Of a stretch of 32,977 bases of DNA, positions 19,041 through 28,005 are shown in pieces (position 1 is the stretch's first letter; every line of letters begins with the position of its first letter). Both the position numbers and the translations under genes were made by a program. This stretch comes from Alphaproteobacteria bacterium. Lineage in GTDB: Bacteria > Pseudomonadota > Alphaproteobacteria > CAAHEQ01 > UBA3637. The notes below the pieces were generated by a model. That model searched no databases and was not told where the DNA came from. It saw nothing but the letters and a program-made list of their open reading frames with translations. Location of the stretch: positions 1 through 32,977 of the forward strand of contig JAGCFA010000060.1 of the NCBI GenBank assembly GCA_017650375.1. Direction: 5' to 3'.

Positions 19041-19265
19041 TTAAGCAGCTCTTTGCATTTTTTGCCGTTGCATCACAGCCAGCATTTTTTGTTTTGCTTG
19101 ATCGGCTTTTTGTTGGACTTCTTGTGTACGGCGTTGTTCTTCTTCAATTTGACGAGCGCGTTCTTCATAGTAAGCAGCGCGTCGTTCTTCCAACTGACGA
19201 CGTTTTGTGGCTTTTTCCAAAGCTTCACGAGATTGATCAGTTTCAGGTCTTTCATTTTCTTCCAT
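19041..19265 (-). CDS. Hypothetical small coiled-coil protein (E/Q/R/K-rich)
   Basis: 74 aa, AAGGAG RBS, charged helical composition. Confidence 0.7.
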   Translation of the reverse strand: MEENERPETDQSREALEKATKRRQLEERRAAYYEERARQIEEEQRRTQEVQQKADQAKQKMLAVMQRQKMQRAA

Positions 19266-19401
19266 TTGGGACTCCTTTCACTTCACACTTATATTATATC
19301 ACAGATTTAAAATCTGTCAAAAAAAACTTGCAATTTAATTTAAAAAGTGCTTATATAGTTGCCATCAAATAAAGTGTCAACAAAAAAAGAAAGGAAAAAA
19401 A

Positions 19402-20409
19402 ATGACATTAAAAGTAGCCATCAATGGCTTTGGCCGTATTGGTCGTTTGGTTTATCGTGCTTGGTTGGAATCCGGTCGTAAGGACTTGGACATCGTCGCC
19501 ATCAATGATTTGGGCGATGCTGCTGCCAATGCTTATTTATTAAAATATGACTCTGTCCATAAACGCTTGGACATGGACATTCGTGCCGAAGGCGAATATT
19601 TAATCGCTGGCGACAAAAAATCCAAAGTGATTGCTCAACGTGATCCCACACAATTGCCGTGGAAAGAATTAGGCATTGATATTGTGTTTGAATGCACTGG
19701 TATCTTTACCTCCAAAGAAAAAGCTTCCGTGCATTTGGCCGCCGGTGCAAAGCGCGTGTTGGTTTCTGCCCCAAGTGAAGGCGCCGACAAGACAATCGTC
19801 TATGGCGTGAACCAAAACACATTAACAAAAGAAGATTTGGTTGTATCCAATGCTTCCTGCACTACCAACTGCTTGGCCCCTGTGGTCTATGTGTTGCAAA
19901 AAGCTTTCGGCATTAAGCAAGGCTTTATGACAACCATCCACAGCTACACCAATGACCAAAAGATTTTGGATCAATTACATAAGGATTTGTATCGCGCTCG
20001 CGCTGCCGCTATGAGCATGATTCCCACAAAGACCGGTGCTGCTAAAGCTATCGGTTTAGTGATGCCTGAATTGGCTGGCAAATTAGACGGCGTGTCCATC
20101 CGTGTACCGACACCCGATGTTTCTTTGGTGGATGCCAACTTGATTATGGAAAAAGAAGTCACGGTGGATGAAGTGAATGCCGCTATGAAAGCCGCCGCTG
20201 AAGGTGAATTGAAAGGCGTGTTGGGCTACAATGCCGAAAAATTAGTCAGCATTGACTTTACACACGATTCACACTCTTCCACCTTTGATGCCAATGGCAC
20301 CAAGGTCATGGGTGGCACACAATTGCGCGTGATGAGCTGGTACGACAACGAATGGGGTTTCTCCAACCGTATGTTAGATACAGCCGTTGCGATGGGCAAA
20401 TTGTTGTAA
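19402..20409 (+). CDS. gap: Glyceraldehyde-3-phosphate dehydrogenase, type I
   Basis: VAINGFGRIGR, SNASCTTNCLAP, WYDNEWGFS. Confidence 0.99.
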   Translation: MTLKVAINGFGRIGRLVYRAWLESGRKDLDIVAINDLGDAAANAYLLKYDSVHKRLDMDIRAEGEYLIAGDKKSKVIAQRDPTQLPWKELGIDIVFECTGIFTSKEKASVHLAAGAKRVLVSAPSEGADKTIVYGVNQNTLTKEDLVVSNASCTTNCLAPVVYVLQKAFGIKQGFMTTIHSYTNDQKILDQLHKDLYRARAAAMSMIPTKTGAAKAIGLVMPELAGKLDGVSIRVPTPDVSLVDANLIMEKEVTVDEVNAAMKAAAEGELKGVLGYNAEKLVSIDFTHDSHSSTFDANGTKVMGGTQLRVMSWYDNEWGFSNRMLDTAVAMGKLL

Positions 20410-20421
20410 TAAAGACAAAAG

Positions 20422-20454
20422 AAAACACCCTCGGAATAACCGAGGGTGTTTTTT
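20422..20454. terminator. Bidirectional terminator between gap and tRNA-Leu
   Basis: aaaacaccctcgg-aataa-ccgagggtgtttt. Confidence 0.85.
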
Positions 20455-20456
20455 AT

Positions 20457-20540
20457 TGGTGCGGGCGAAAGGACTTGAACCTTCACGCTTGAAAGCATTG
20501 GCTTCTAAGACCAACGTGTCTACCATTCCACCACGCCCGC
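20457..20540 (-). tRNA. tRNA-Leu (anticodon TAG)
   Basis: Reverse complement GCGGGCGTGGTGGAATGGTAGACAC-GTTGGTCT TAG AAGCCAA-long variable arm-GGTTCAAGTCC-TTTCGCCCGCACCA. Confidence 0.96.
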
Positions 20541-20587
20541 TGGACAAGTTTATTATATCATAGCCTTAATCAAATTTCAAGAAAAAT

Positions 20588-20612
20588 AAAACCCGTTAAA
20601 AAAGCGGGTTTT
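20588..20612 (-). terminator. Intrinsic terminator after the rplU-rpmA-ORF unit
   Basis: aaaacccg(t/c)...cgggtttt hairpin just past the stop at 20617. Confidence 0.65.
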
Positions 20613-20616
20613 AGAT

Positions 20617-20823
20617 TTAATCTTTTATTTTAATTGGTGTTCTTACCGAATGAATCCCTAAATAAAAGAAGCTGTCGTGTTCATCGTAAACAAAATCTTT
20701 ATGTTTTGTAACAAGAACTGTTTTTTCCTTTGAGGATTCTGGAACATCGCGCCTTTCCCTAGAACCGCCCCCCCCAGAAGCTTCATGCGGGGAGACTGTA
20801 GCCAAAAGCTTAAAATAATCCAT
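20617..20823 (-). CDS. Hypothetical protein, 68 aa
   Basis: AAGGA RBS overlapping the rpmA stop region; followed by a terminator. Confidence 0.55.
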   Translation of the reverse strand: MDYFKLLATVSPHEASGGGGSRERRDVPESSKEKTVLVTKHKDFVYDEHDSFFYLGIHSVRTPIKIKD

Positions 20824-20830
20824 AAGTTCC

Positions 20831-21085
20831 TTACTTTGTCACAACAGAGACATAGGTACGATTTTTAACAGAATGTTTAAATTCCACGATACCATCAGCT
20901 GTTGCATAAATGGTATGGTCAGTCCCCATTCCAACATTTTCACCAGGATAGTATTGAGTCCCGCGTTGACGAATAATGATGTTACCGGCAACAACAGCTT
21001 GACCACCTGATTTTTTGAGCCCTAACCGACGACCGGCAGAGTCTTGTGAGTTTTTAACGGAACCGCCCGCTTTTTTATGAGCCAT
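20831..21085 (-). CDS. rpmA: 50S ribosomal protein L27
   Basis: [25 protein letters not shown]. Confidence 0.98.
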   Translation of the reverse strand: MAHKKAGGSVKNSQDSAGRRLGLKKSGGQAVVAGNIIIRQRGTQYYPGENVGMGTDHTIYATADGIVEFKHSVKNRTYVSVVTK

Positions 21086-21097
21086 TTCAAATTCTCC

Positions 21098-21397
21098 TTA
21101 AGCTTTAATATCCACAATCTTAATCAAGGTCAATTGTTGACGATGACCATTCTTACGTTTGTAACCGTGACGACGTTTCTTTTTGAACACTAAAACTTTT
21201 TCATCACGTACTTGACGCACGATTTCAGCATCCACGGAAGCCCCCTTCACTGTTGGCGTTCCCACTTTGCCATCCACCATCAAAACTTCCTTGATAGCGA
21301 CCTTATCACCGGCTTTACCTTCTAACTTATCAACAGCCAAAACATCATCTTTTTGGACTTTGAATTGTTTTCCGCCTGTTTTAATAATTGCAAACAT
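21098..21397 (-). CDS. rplU: 50S ribosomal protein L21
   Basis: MFAIIKTGGKQFKV, FKKKRR..Y....GHRQ. Confidence 0.98.
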   Translation of the reverse strand: MFAIIKTGGKQFKVQKDDVLAVDKLEGKAGDKVAIKEVLMVDGKVGTPTVKGASVDAEIVRQVRDEKVLVFKKKRRHGYKRKNGHRQQLTLIKIVDIKA

Positions 21398-21504
21398 TTG
21401 TTATCCTTTTCTTTAAATAAAACTCTGGGGCATATTTATACCCGATTTTAAAGCATTTGTCAAGCAAAAAATAGAACTTTTTTCATATTTTTTAGAAAAA
21501 GTGC

Positions 21505-21533
21505 TTGCATTTTACAAAAAAGCTTGATATAAT
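21505..21533 (+). promoter_or_regulatory. Sigma70 promoter of tRNA-Arg
   Basis: TTGCAT-17 bp-TATAAT, 13 bp upstream of the tRNA. Confidence 0.7.
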
Positions 21534-21546
21534 AGTGCTCACTGAC

Positions 21547-21623
21547 GCGCTCGTAGCTCAACTGGATAGAGCATCTGACTACGGATCAGAAGGCTGTGAG
21601 TTCGAATCCCGCCGAGCGCACCA
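21547..21623 (+). tRNA. tRNA-Arg (anticodon ACG)
   Basis: GCGCTCGTAGCTCAACTGGATAGAGCA-TCTGACT ACG GATCAGA-...GTTCGAATC...CGAGCGCACCA. Confidence 0.96.
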
Positions 21624-21628
21624 TAAAA

Positions 21629-21655
21629 ACCACCCCAAAAGGGTGGATTTTTTTA
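21629..21655 (+). terminator. Intrinsic terminator after tRNA-Arg
   Basis: ccaccc-caaaa-gggtgg followed by a U-run. Confidence 0.75.
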
Positions 21656-21816
21656 TGTTTGAAGTGGTATCTACCATTAAGTTCAATTATTGGTCATCAA
21701 TAAAAAGGCCTTAAGAAAGTGAGAAAGAAAAATATTCAAACTCCTTATTAAAATTTTACTTTACAACAATATCAAAATATGTTAGGTATTTCCTAAGTTT
21801 AAAGAAGGAGTTTAAA

Positions 21817-22857
21817 ATGAGTCGTTGTTTTTCAATAAAAGGTCGTAAAGTCGGGTTAGATTATGCCCCATTAGTAGTCGCCGAAATAGGCATTAATCAT
21901 AATGGATCTTTGCAAGAAGCTTTTAAATTAGTTGATGCGGCAAAAGAGGCTGGGGCAGAAATTGTTAAACACCAAACCCATATTCCAGAAGCCGAAATGA
22001 GTTCTTTGGCAAAAACCACAATCCCAGGGAATTCCCCCTATTCTATTTGGGATATTATGGTCAGATGTGCCCTTTCCGAAAAAGACGAATTTGCATTGAA
22101 AGAATATACAGAAAGTAAAGGAATGATCTTTATTTCAACCCCGTTTTCTTTTGCTGCTATCGACAGATTAGAAAAGATGGATGTACCAGCTTATAAAATT
22201 GGCTCTGGAGAAATGAATAATTATGAATTTGTGCGGTGCATCGCTGAAAAACGGAAACCCATTATTTTATCAACAGGTATGAACAATATGGAGGCTGTTA
22301 AAAAAGCTGTGGCCTGCATTCAAGAATATCATAATGATTTCGCTATCTTACATACAACAAACCTGTATCCAACAAAACCAGAACAAATACGTTTAGGGGC
22401 TTTGGAAGAAATCCGACGTGAATTCCCAGAGGCGATTATCGGATTATCCGATCACAGTTTGAATAATTTAGCTTGCTTAGCTGCAACTGCATTAGGAGCT
22501 TCGATACTGGAGCGCCATTTTACAGACACAAAAGAACGTGTCGGAGAAGATATTATTTGTTCTATGACAACCCAAGAATGTCATGATTTAATTCGGGATT
22601 CAGCCGAAATTGCTAAAATGCGTGGAGGAACTAAGGAGGCTTTAAAAGAAGAAGAGGTCACTATTCAATTTGCTTTTGGAACCATTGTAGCAACAAAAGA
22701 AATTCCGGCAGGTAAAAAGTTGGAACGATCAGATTTAACAACAAAACGCCCAGGTATTAGAGGCATTCGTGCAGAAGAACTTCCTAATCTTATCGGGAAA
22801 AAAGTCAAACACACTATTGCAGCAGATGAGCATTTGATGCCGGAGGATTTAGCCTGA
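21817..22857 (+). CDS. neuB: N-acetylneuraminate synthase with C-terminal SAF/antifreeze-like domain
   Basis: AEIGINHNGSL, KHQTH, STPFS, KIGSGE, LSTGM, GLSDH, LERHFT, KRPG; resembles the Neisseria SiaC / Campylobacter NeuB1 type. Confidence 0.95.
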   Translation: MSRCFSIKGRKVGLDYAPLVVAEIGINHNGSLQEAFKLVDAAKEAGAEIVKHQTHIPEAEMSSLAKTTIPGNSPYSIWDIMVRCALSEKDEFALKEYTESKGMIFISTPFSFAAIDRLEKMDVPAYKIGSGEMNNYEFVRCIAEKRKPIILSTGMNNMEAVKKAVACIQEYHNDFAILHTTNLYPTKPEQIRLGALEEIRREFPEAIIGLSDHSLNNLACLAATALGASILERHFTDTKERVGEDIICSMTTQECHDLIRDSAEIAKMRGGTKEALKEEEVTIQFAFGTIVATKEIPAGKKLERSDLTTKRPGIRGIRAEELPNLIGKKVKHTIAADEHLMPEDLA

Positions 22858-25085
22858 TGAATATTTCTTTTTTATCCGGAACACGAGCTGATTACAGTAA
22901 AATTAAACCTTATATTAGTTATCTGTTAGAAAAGCAAAAGGATAAAAAGATTTACCTTTTTGTGACGGGGATGCACATGTTGAAAAAATATGGGCAAACT
23001 TGCCAAGAAGTGGAAAAAGATTTTAAAAGTACTTGCCAAATTATTTTAGACAAAGATTTTTCGGAACAAAACACATCTCAAGAAATGGCCCATATCATCG
23101 CCTGTTATGATCAATATTTACGGAAAGATCATATTGATTTTGTTTTTGTTCATGGAGATCGTCCGGAAGCTTTGGCTGGTGCTATCGCCGCCAGATTAAA
23201 TAATATCCCTGTTTGTCAAATTGAAGCTGGCGATTTGAGTGGAAGTATTGACGACAGCATCCGCCATTCTATTACAAAATTGGCTCACCGGTTTTTGGTT
23301 TCAGATGAACAAGCCAAACAAATTTTATTACAGATGGGAGAAAATAAAAAAGATATCTTTGTTATCGGGAACAGCAGTTTAGCCAATGATATTCCAGATA
23401 TGGAAGGTATTTTCCAAAAATATGATATTCCTTTCAATAAGTATGCCATTCTGATTTATCATCCGGTAACGACACTTCCTGCGGAAAAAATTCAAACAGA
23501 AATACACCTTTTGATGAAAAAGCTGGTAGAAAGTAATTTAAATTATATCGTTATTATGCCAAATAATGATTTAAATCACAAAATCATTTTAAATGAATAC
23601 CGTCAGCTTGAAGGAAACAAAAACTTTCGTTTCTTTACCTCTTTGCCTTTAGATGTTTTTATAAATCTATTAAAAAAAGCTCAGTTTTTAATAGGAAACA
23701 GTTCTTGTGGTATTAAAGAAGCTCCCTATTATCAAGTCCCCACAATTGACATTGGTGTAAGGCAACAAAATCGCTATCAAAATTTAAACACTAGGTATTT
23801 TACTCATCTTGGTTCTTTGAAAAAACTCAATAAATTAATTAATAAAATTTGTTCAAAAAAAGAAACTAAAAAAAAGACGGACTTTAAAAAGTTATTTGTA
23901 AAGAAATTAGATCGGTGTTTTTCCAACTCTTTTTGGCATCCAAATATTCAAAAGGGGTCTTCTTTTTTATTGAAAAAGCCCAGAATTAACAGAATCTTTC
24001 GTACATTGCTTTCTTTGGGTGGTTTTTTGGCATTTTTTGCCTTGTCATCCTATTTGTTTTTCAGGATAGTATATACCCCCCCAATTGCCCATATATATAT
24101 CGATTTAGCATCTGTTCCATCTTTATTCCAAATGACAGATGCTTTACAACAACCCTCTGAAGAACCAAAACTGTTCATTTGGAAAAGATTTCCCGCTTTA
24201 AAAGCTGATGATAGGATACTTCAATCTATGAACGCAATTATGGTTGATAGCAAATTTTTGGGTGAAAAGAATTATGAAAAATTTAATACATTGGTTGATA
24301 CAAATTTGATGGAATTTTACGCAAAAAATTTCAACCATCATTTCGTCATTCATCTAAATGCCTATCATGCCTTGAATAAGTCTGGCCATTTTTCCAATAT
24401 TATTCCTACTGAAAAAATCAAGGAAATTCACTTATATGATGATGCTATCGGCAGAAGCCTATGGGATAAAAAAACATATATTTCCTATGCAACTCTTTCC
24501 GGAAATTTAAAAACATATATGCACCTTGCTCAATACGATCCTAAAATATTACCTATAGAAAAAGAAAAGATTATTCCCCTTGATTTTTATCAAGCTGCAG
24601 CAACGTTGTCTGATGATAAAAAAACGATGTTGGCACACCTGACAGGGTTAGATTTGGAAAAAATGAACCAAGCATTCGAACACAGGCCTGTTGCTGTTTT
24701 TTTAGATGACCCTGACTTAAAATGGCAGGCAGCAGAAAAATTTATCAAAGAATTAATTAGAAAACATCCTGAGATAAAAAATTATACATGGCTTTATAAA
24801 AATCATCCACGCGTTTCCAAAAACGGAGAAACTTTAAAACTTCTTTCTAAATATTTTCCGAAAATAATCGTCATTTCAAATGGAATTCCTTTGGAAACAT
24901 TAATTATGGTTAAATTGGTTCCTGACTTCATTGCCGGATACGGATCAAGTGTTTTTTACTCTTTCCCAAAAGAAAAAATATTGGGATATATTCATCGAAT
25001 AAAAAATGAATATTACCAAACTTCATTAATAAATTTAGGCATTTTAACACCCGAATTAATTTTTGACGATCAAACAGGAGATTGA
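22857..25085 (+). CDS. neuC: Fusion: hydrolysing UDP-GlcNAc 2-epimerase (NeuC) + TM helix + GT80-like sialyltransferase
   Basis: aa 1-~366: GTRADY, VTGMH, HGDRPEALAGA, SGSIDDSIRHSITKLAH, YHPVT, GNSSCGIKEAP. TM at about 24003-24075. C-terminal YIDLASVPSLFQ, LYDDA, YKNHP, IPLE and AGYGSSVFYSFPKEKI resemble GT80 YxDxASLPxLxQ, YDDG, KGHP and GxxSS motifs. Confidence 0.85.
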   Translation: MNISFLSGTRADYSKIKPYISYLLEKQKDKKIYLFVTGMHMLKKYGQTCQEVEKDFKSTCQIILDKDFSEQNTSQEMAHIIACYDQYLRKDHIDFVFVHGDRPEALAGAIAARLNNIPVCQIEAGDLSGSIDDSIRHSITKLAHRFLVSDEQAKQILLQMGENKKDIFVIGNSSLANDIPDMEGIFQKYDIPFNKYAILIYHPVTTLPAEKIQTEIHLLMKKLVESNLNYIVIMPNNDLNHKIILNEYRQLEGNKNFRFFTSLPLDVFINLLKKAQFLIGNSSCGIKEAPYYQVPTIDIGVRQQNRYQNLNTRYFTHLGSLKKLNKLINKICSKKETKKKTDFKKLFVKKLDRCFSNSFWHPNIQKGSSFLLKKPRINRIFRTLLSLGGFLAFFALSSYLFFRIVYTPPIAHIYIDLASVPSLFQMTDALQQPSEEPKLFIWKRFPALKADDRILQSMNAIMVDSKFLGEKNYEKFNTLVDTNLMEFYAKNFNHHFVIHLNAYHALNKSGHFSNIIPTEKIKEIHLYDDAIGRSLWDKKTYISYATLSGNLKTYMHLAQYDPKILPIEKEKIIPLDFYQAAATLSDDKKTMLAHLTGLDLEKMNQAFEHRPVAVFLDDPDLKWQAAEKFIKELIRKHPEIKNYTWLYKNHPRVSKNGETLKLLSKYFPKIIVISNGIPLETLIMVKLVPDFIAGYGSSVFYSFPKEKILGYIHRIKNEYYQTSLINLGILTPELIFDDQTGD

Positions 25086-25089
25086 GATT

Positions 25090-26370
25090 ATGAATAATAG
25101 ATTAAAAAGATCTTTAGCATATGTTTTTTGGGGAGGTGTTTCTACTTCGGCGGTAGATACTTTGGTAGTCGGTCCCACTTTATTTGCTTATGCTGCTTTT
25201 TTCGGTGCTGGTGATATTGCTTTTGGTATATTAGGGGCTGTCCCTTATTTTGGAAATTTAGCCCATTTATTTTCTGCATGGTTAATTGAGCATGGTTTTT
25301 CCATTCGGAAAACAGCTTTTTATACGGCTTTTATTTCCAGATTTTTCCTATTAATTGCTGCTTTATTGGCTTTTAAACCTAATATGCCAGGCGCATTAGA
25401 AATTTTAATTTTGATTTTAACTCTTAATTATTTAATTGGTTGTATTTCTGGGGGTGTTTGGTTACCCTGGATGAAAACACTTATCCCTGCGCGGATTATG
25501 GGACGTTTCTTTTCTTTTCGTTTTAAATATATGATGGTGGCCAAAGTTATTTGTTTTTGGTTTAGCGCTCTTTTATTAAAATACGGTGTTTCCTTTGTTC
25601 CGCAAGATAAAGAAATTTATATCTATGCTTTCTTATTCATTATTGCTTTTATTATTGGTTTATTCAGTGCTTGGACTTTATCACAAGTGGAAGATAAAAA
25701 ACAAGTTTCCGTTTCCAATTCACTTTCCTTTATTCAAAAAGTGAAGACATGCTTGATGAACAAACCATTCAGAAATCTTTTGTTCACATTAAGTTTTACA
25801 AATTTCACTGTTGCCTTTATAACACCCTTTGTGACTGTTTTTATGTTAAAATATTTGGAAATTCCAATGTCCACCATTTTAATTTTCACTTTAATTATGC
25901 AGTTGACTTATACACTCGTCATTAAAAAGTTGGGGAAAATTGCAGATAAAGAAGATACTTTGAAAGTTTTAAAATTATCTGTTCCTTTGCTGTTATTATC
26001 TTTGTTAGGTTTTTTAATCATAAATCAATTCACCTTAGGACTTTATACAACATATGCTGTATTGATAATTGCTCATATTATTTTGGGTATAGCAACTGCC
26101 GGCATCGCTTTAGGAATTAACAATGCTTCCTTGATTTACGTTCCAAAGGAATCTTCAGCTATATATCTTTCTGTAAATTCCGTCGTAAAATCTTTTGCCG
26201 GTGTTGTTGCTTCTATTCTAGCGGGTGTGACTTTATCTTTATGTACACTTTTGGAAACCTCTTTTGCTAATCGTTGGACCGTTTTTTGGAGCATTTCTGT
26301 CTTCATTGCAGTTGTATCCTATTATACAATCATCGTATTTAAATCTTCATTAAAAAAAGGAACAAAATGA
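25090..26370 (+). CDS. MFS transporter
   Basis: About 12 hydrophobic segments in two halves, W.PWM..LIP....GRFFS.R, LGKIADK; start at ATG 25090 with AGGAG. Confidence 0.85.
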   Translation: MNNRLKRSLAYVFWGGVSTSAVDTLVVGPTLFAYAAFFGAGDIAFGILGAVPYFGNLAHLFSAWLIEHGFSIRKTAFYTAFISRFFLLIAALLAFKPNMPGALEILILILTLNYLIGCISGGVWLPWMKTLIPARIMGRFFSFRFKYMMVAKVICFWFSALLLKYGVSFVPQDKEIYIYAFLFIIAFIIGLFSAWTLSQVEDKKQVSVSNSLSFIQKVKTCLMNKPFRNLLFTLSFTNFTVAFITPFVTVFMLKYLEIPMSTILIFTLIMQLTYTLVIKKLGKIADKEDTLKVLKLSVPLLLLSLLGFLIINQFTLGLYTTYAVLIIAHIILGIATAGIALGINNASLIYVPKESSAIYLSVNSVVKSFAGVVASILAGVTLSLCTLLETSFANRWTVFWSISVFIAVVSYYTIIVFKSSLKKGTK

Positions 26371-27995
26371 CAAAATATATTTTTACTTTAGGTGGTGTGG
26401 TATCTAGTTTGGGCAAAGGAATTGCTTCTGCAACTTTGGGGGCATTATTACAAGCTCGTGGTTATAAAGTGCGCATGCGCAAAATGGACCCTTATTTGAA
26501 TCTGGATCCCGGTACCATGAGCCCCTATCAACATGGAGAGGTATTTGTTACCGAAGATGGTGCTGAAACGGATTTAGATTTAGGCCATTATGAACGCTTT
26601 GCTAATATTTCATGTCATAAAACTGATAGTATTTCCGGCGGACGTATTTATCACAACGTCTTGACAAAAGAAAGACGGGGCGATTATTTAGGTGGGACAG
26701 TTCAAATGATTCCTCATGTGACAAATGAAGTAAAAGCTTTCCTTGAATCTGATTTGACTGATGAAGATTTTGTTCTGTATGAAGTGGGCGGAACAGTTGG
26801 CGATATTGAAGGAACTATCTTTTTGGAAGCGGTTCGTCAATTTATGAATGAAAAGGGGCGTAAAAACTGTTGTGTCGTTTATTTGACTTTATTGCCCTTT
26901 ATTGAAACGGCCGGTGAATTAAAAACCAAACCCACTCAACAGGCGGTTAAACGTTTAATGGAAGCCGGCATTCAAGCCGATGTTTTATTGTGTCGCAGTA
27001 AAATTGCTTTAGGAGAAGATGAACGCAAAAAATTGGCTTTGTTTTGTAATGTGCCCAGTCAGAATGTAGTCGCTGCTTTGGATGTTGACAACGTCTATGG
27101 ATTGCCAATCTCTTATCACGAACAAGGTTTAGATACTTCTGTTTTAAGTTATTTTGATATGCCTTCCGATGTTGATTTAAGCAAATGGAAACAAATAGTC
27201 AACACGATGAATCATTTCCAAAAAAATGTTCAAATTGCTGTGGTCGGAAAATACTGTCATTTACCGGATACATATAAATCCTTAAAAGAAGCCTTAGTCC
27301 ACGCTGGAATTTCTGAAAACACAAAGGTTGATATTGATTGGATCGAAAGTGATCTGTTAGAGGGTAAAAGCACAAAAGAAGTAGCAAAAGCTTTGGAAAA
27401 ATATCAAGGCATTTTAGTCCCCGGCGGATTTGGAAATCGCGGTGTTGAAGGCAAAATTACAGCTGTCCAATACGCCAGAGAAAACAAAATTCCCTTCTTT
27501 GGAATTTGTTTGGGAATGCAGATGGCTGTTGTAGAATGTATGCGCCATTTATGCGGTGTAAAAGATGCTAACTCTACTGAATTTACATCAGATTGCACCC
27601 CTGTTATTACACGCATGAGTGTTTGGGAAAAAGATGGCATTAAAACAATCCGTCCAGAAAAAGGGGATATGGGCGGAACCATGCGCTTAGGAGCTTATCC
27701 TTGTGTATTAAAAAAAGGATCTTTAGCTGAAAAATTATATGGGACAAAACAAATCAGTGAACGCCATCGTCATCGTTATGAAATGGATATCAATTATGAA
27801 TCTGTTTTGGCAGAAAAAGGCGTTGTTATTTCTGGGAAATCTCCTGATGGTTTATTGCCGGAAATAATTGAAATCCCCGAACATCCATTTTTCTTTGCGG
27901 GACAGTTTCATCCGGAATTTAAATCTAAGCCTTTTGCTGCTCATCCTGTTTTCCAAGGATTTATTCGTGCTGCATTGAAAAAAGCTTCTGAATAA
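26367..27995 (+). CDS. pyrG: CTP synthase
   Basis: GGVVSSLGKG, DPGTMSPYQHGEVFV, GICLGMQ, ERHRHRYE, QFHPE. Confidence 0.99.
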   Translation: MTKYIFTLGGVVSSLGKGIASATLGALLQARGYKVRMRKMDPYLNLDPGTMSPYQHGEVFVTEDGAETDLDLGHYERFANISCHKTDSISGGRIYHNVLTKERRGDYLGGTVQMIPHVTNEVKAFLESDLTDEDFVLYEVGGTVGDIEGTIFLEAVRQFMNEKGRKNCCVVYLTLLPFIETAGELKTKPTQQAVKRLMEAGIQADVLLCRSKIALGEDERKKLALFCNVPSQNVVAALDVDNVYGLPISYHEQGLDTSVLSYFDMPSDVDLSKWKQIVNTMNHFQKNVQIAVVGKYCHLPDTYKSLKEALVHAGISENTKVDIDWIESDLLEGKSTKEVAKALEKYQGILVPGGFGNRGVEGKITAVQYARENKIPFFGICLGMQMAVVECMRHLCGVKDANSTEFTSDCTPVITRMSVWEKDGIKTIRPEKGDMGGTMRLGAYPCVLKKGSLAEKLYGTKQISERHRHRYEMDINYESVLAEKGVVISGKSPDGLLPEIIEIPEHPFFFAGQFHPEFKSKPFAAHPVFQGFIRAALKKASE

Positions 27996-28005
27996 GGAGA
28001 AAATA

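Noticed and set aside
20226-21714. ORFs 20226-20498 (-) and 21505-21714 (+)
   Set aside because: They run through tRNA genes and terminators; spurious
21600-26400. Integrative element at tRNA-Arg
   Set aside because: No integrase, and I found no duplicated tRNA 3' end; the block runs seamlessly into pyrG
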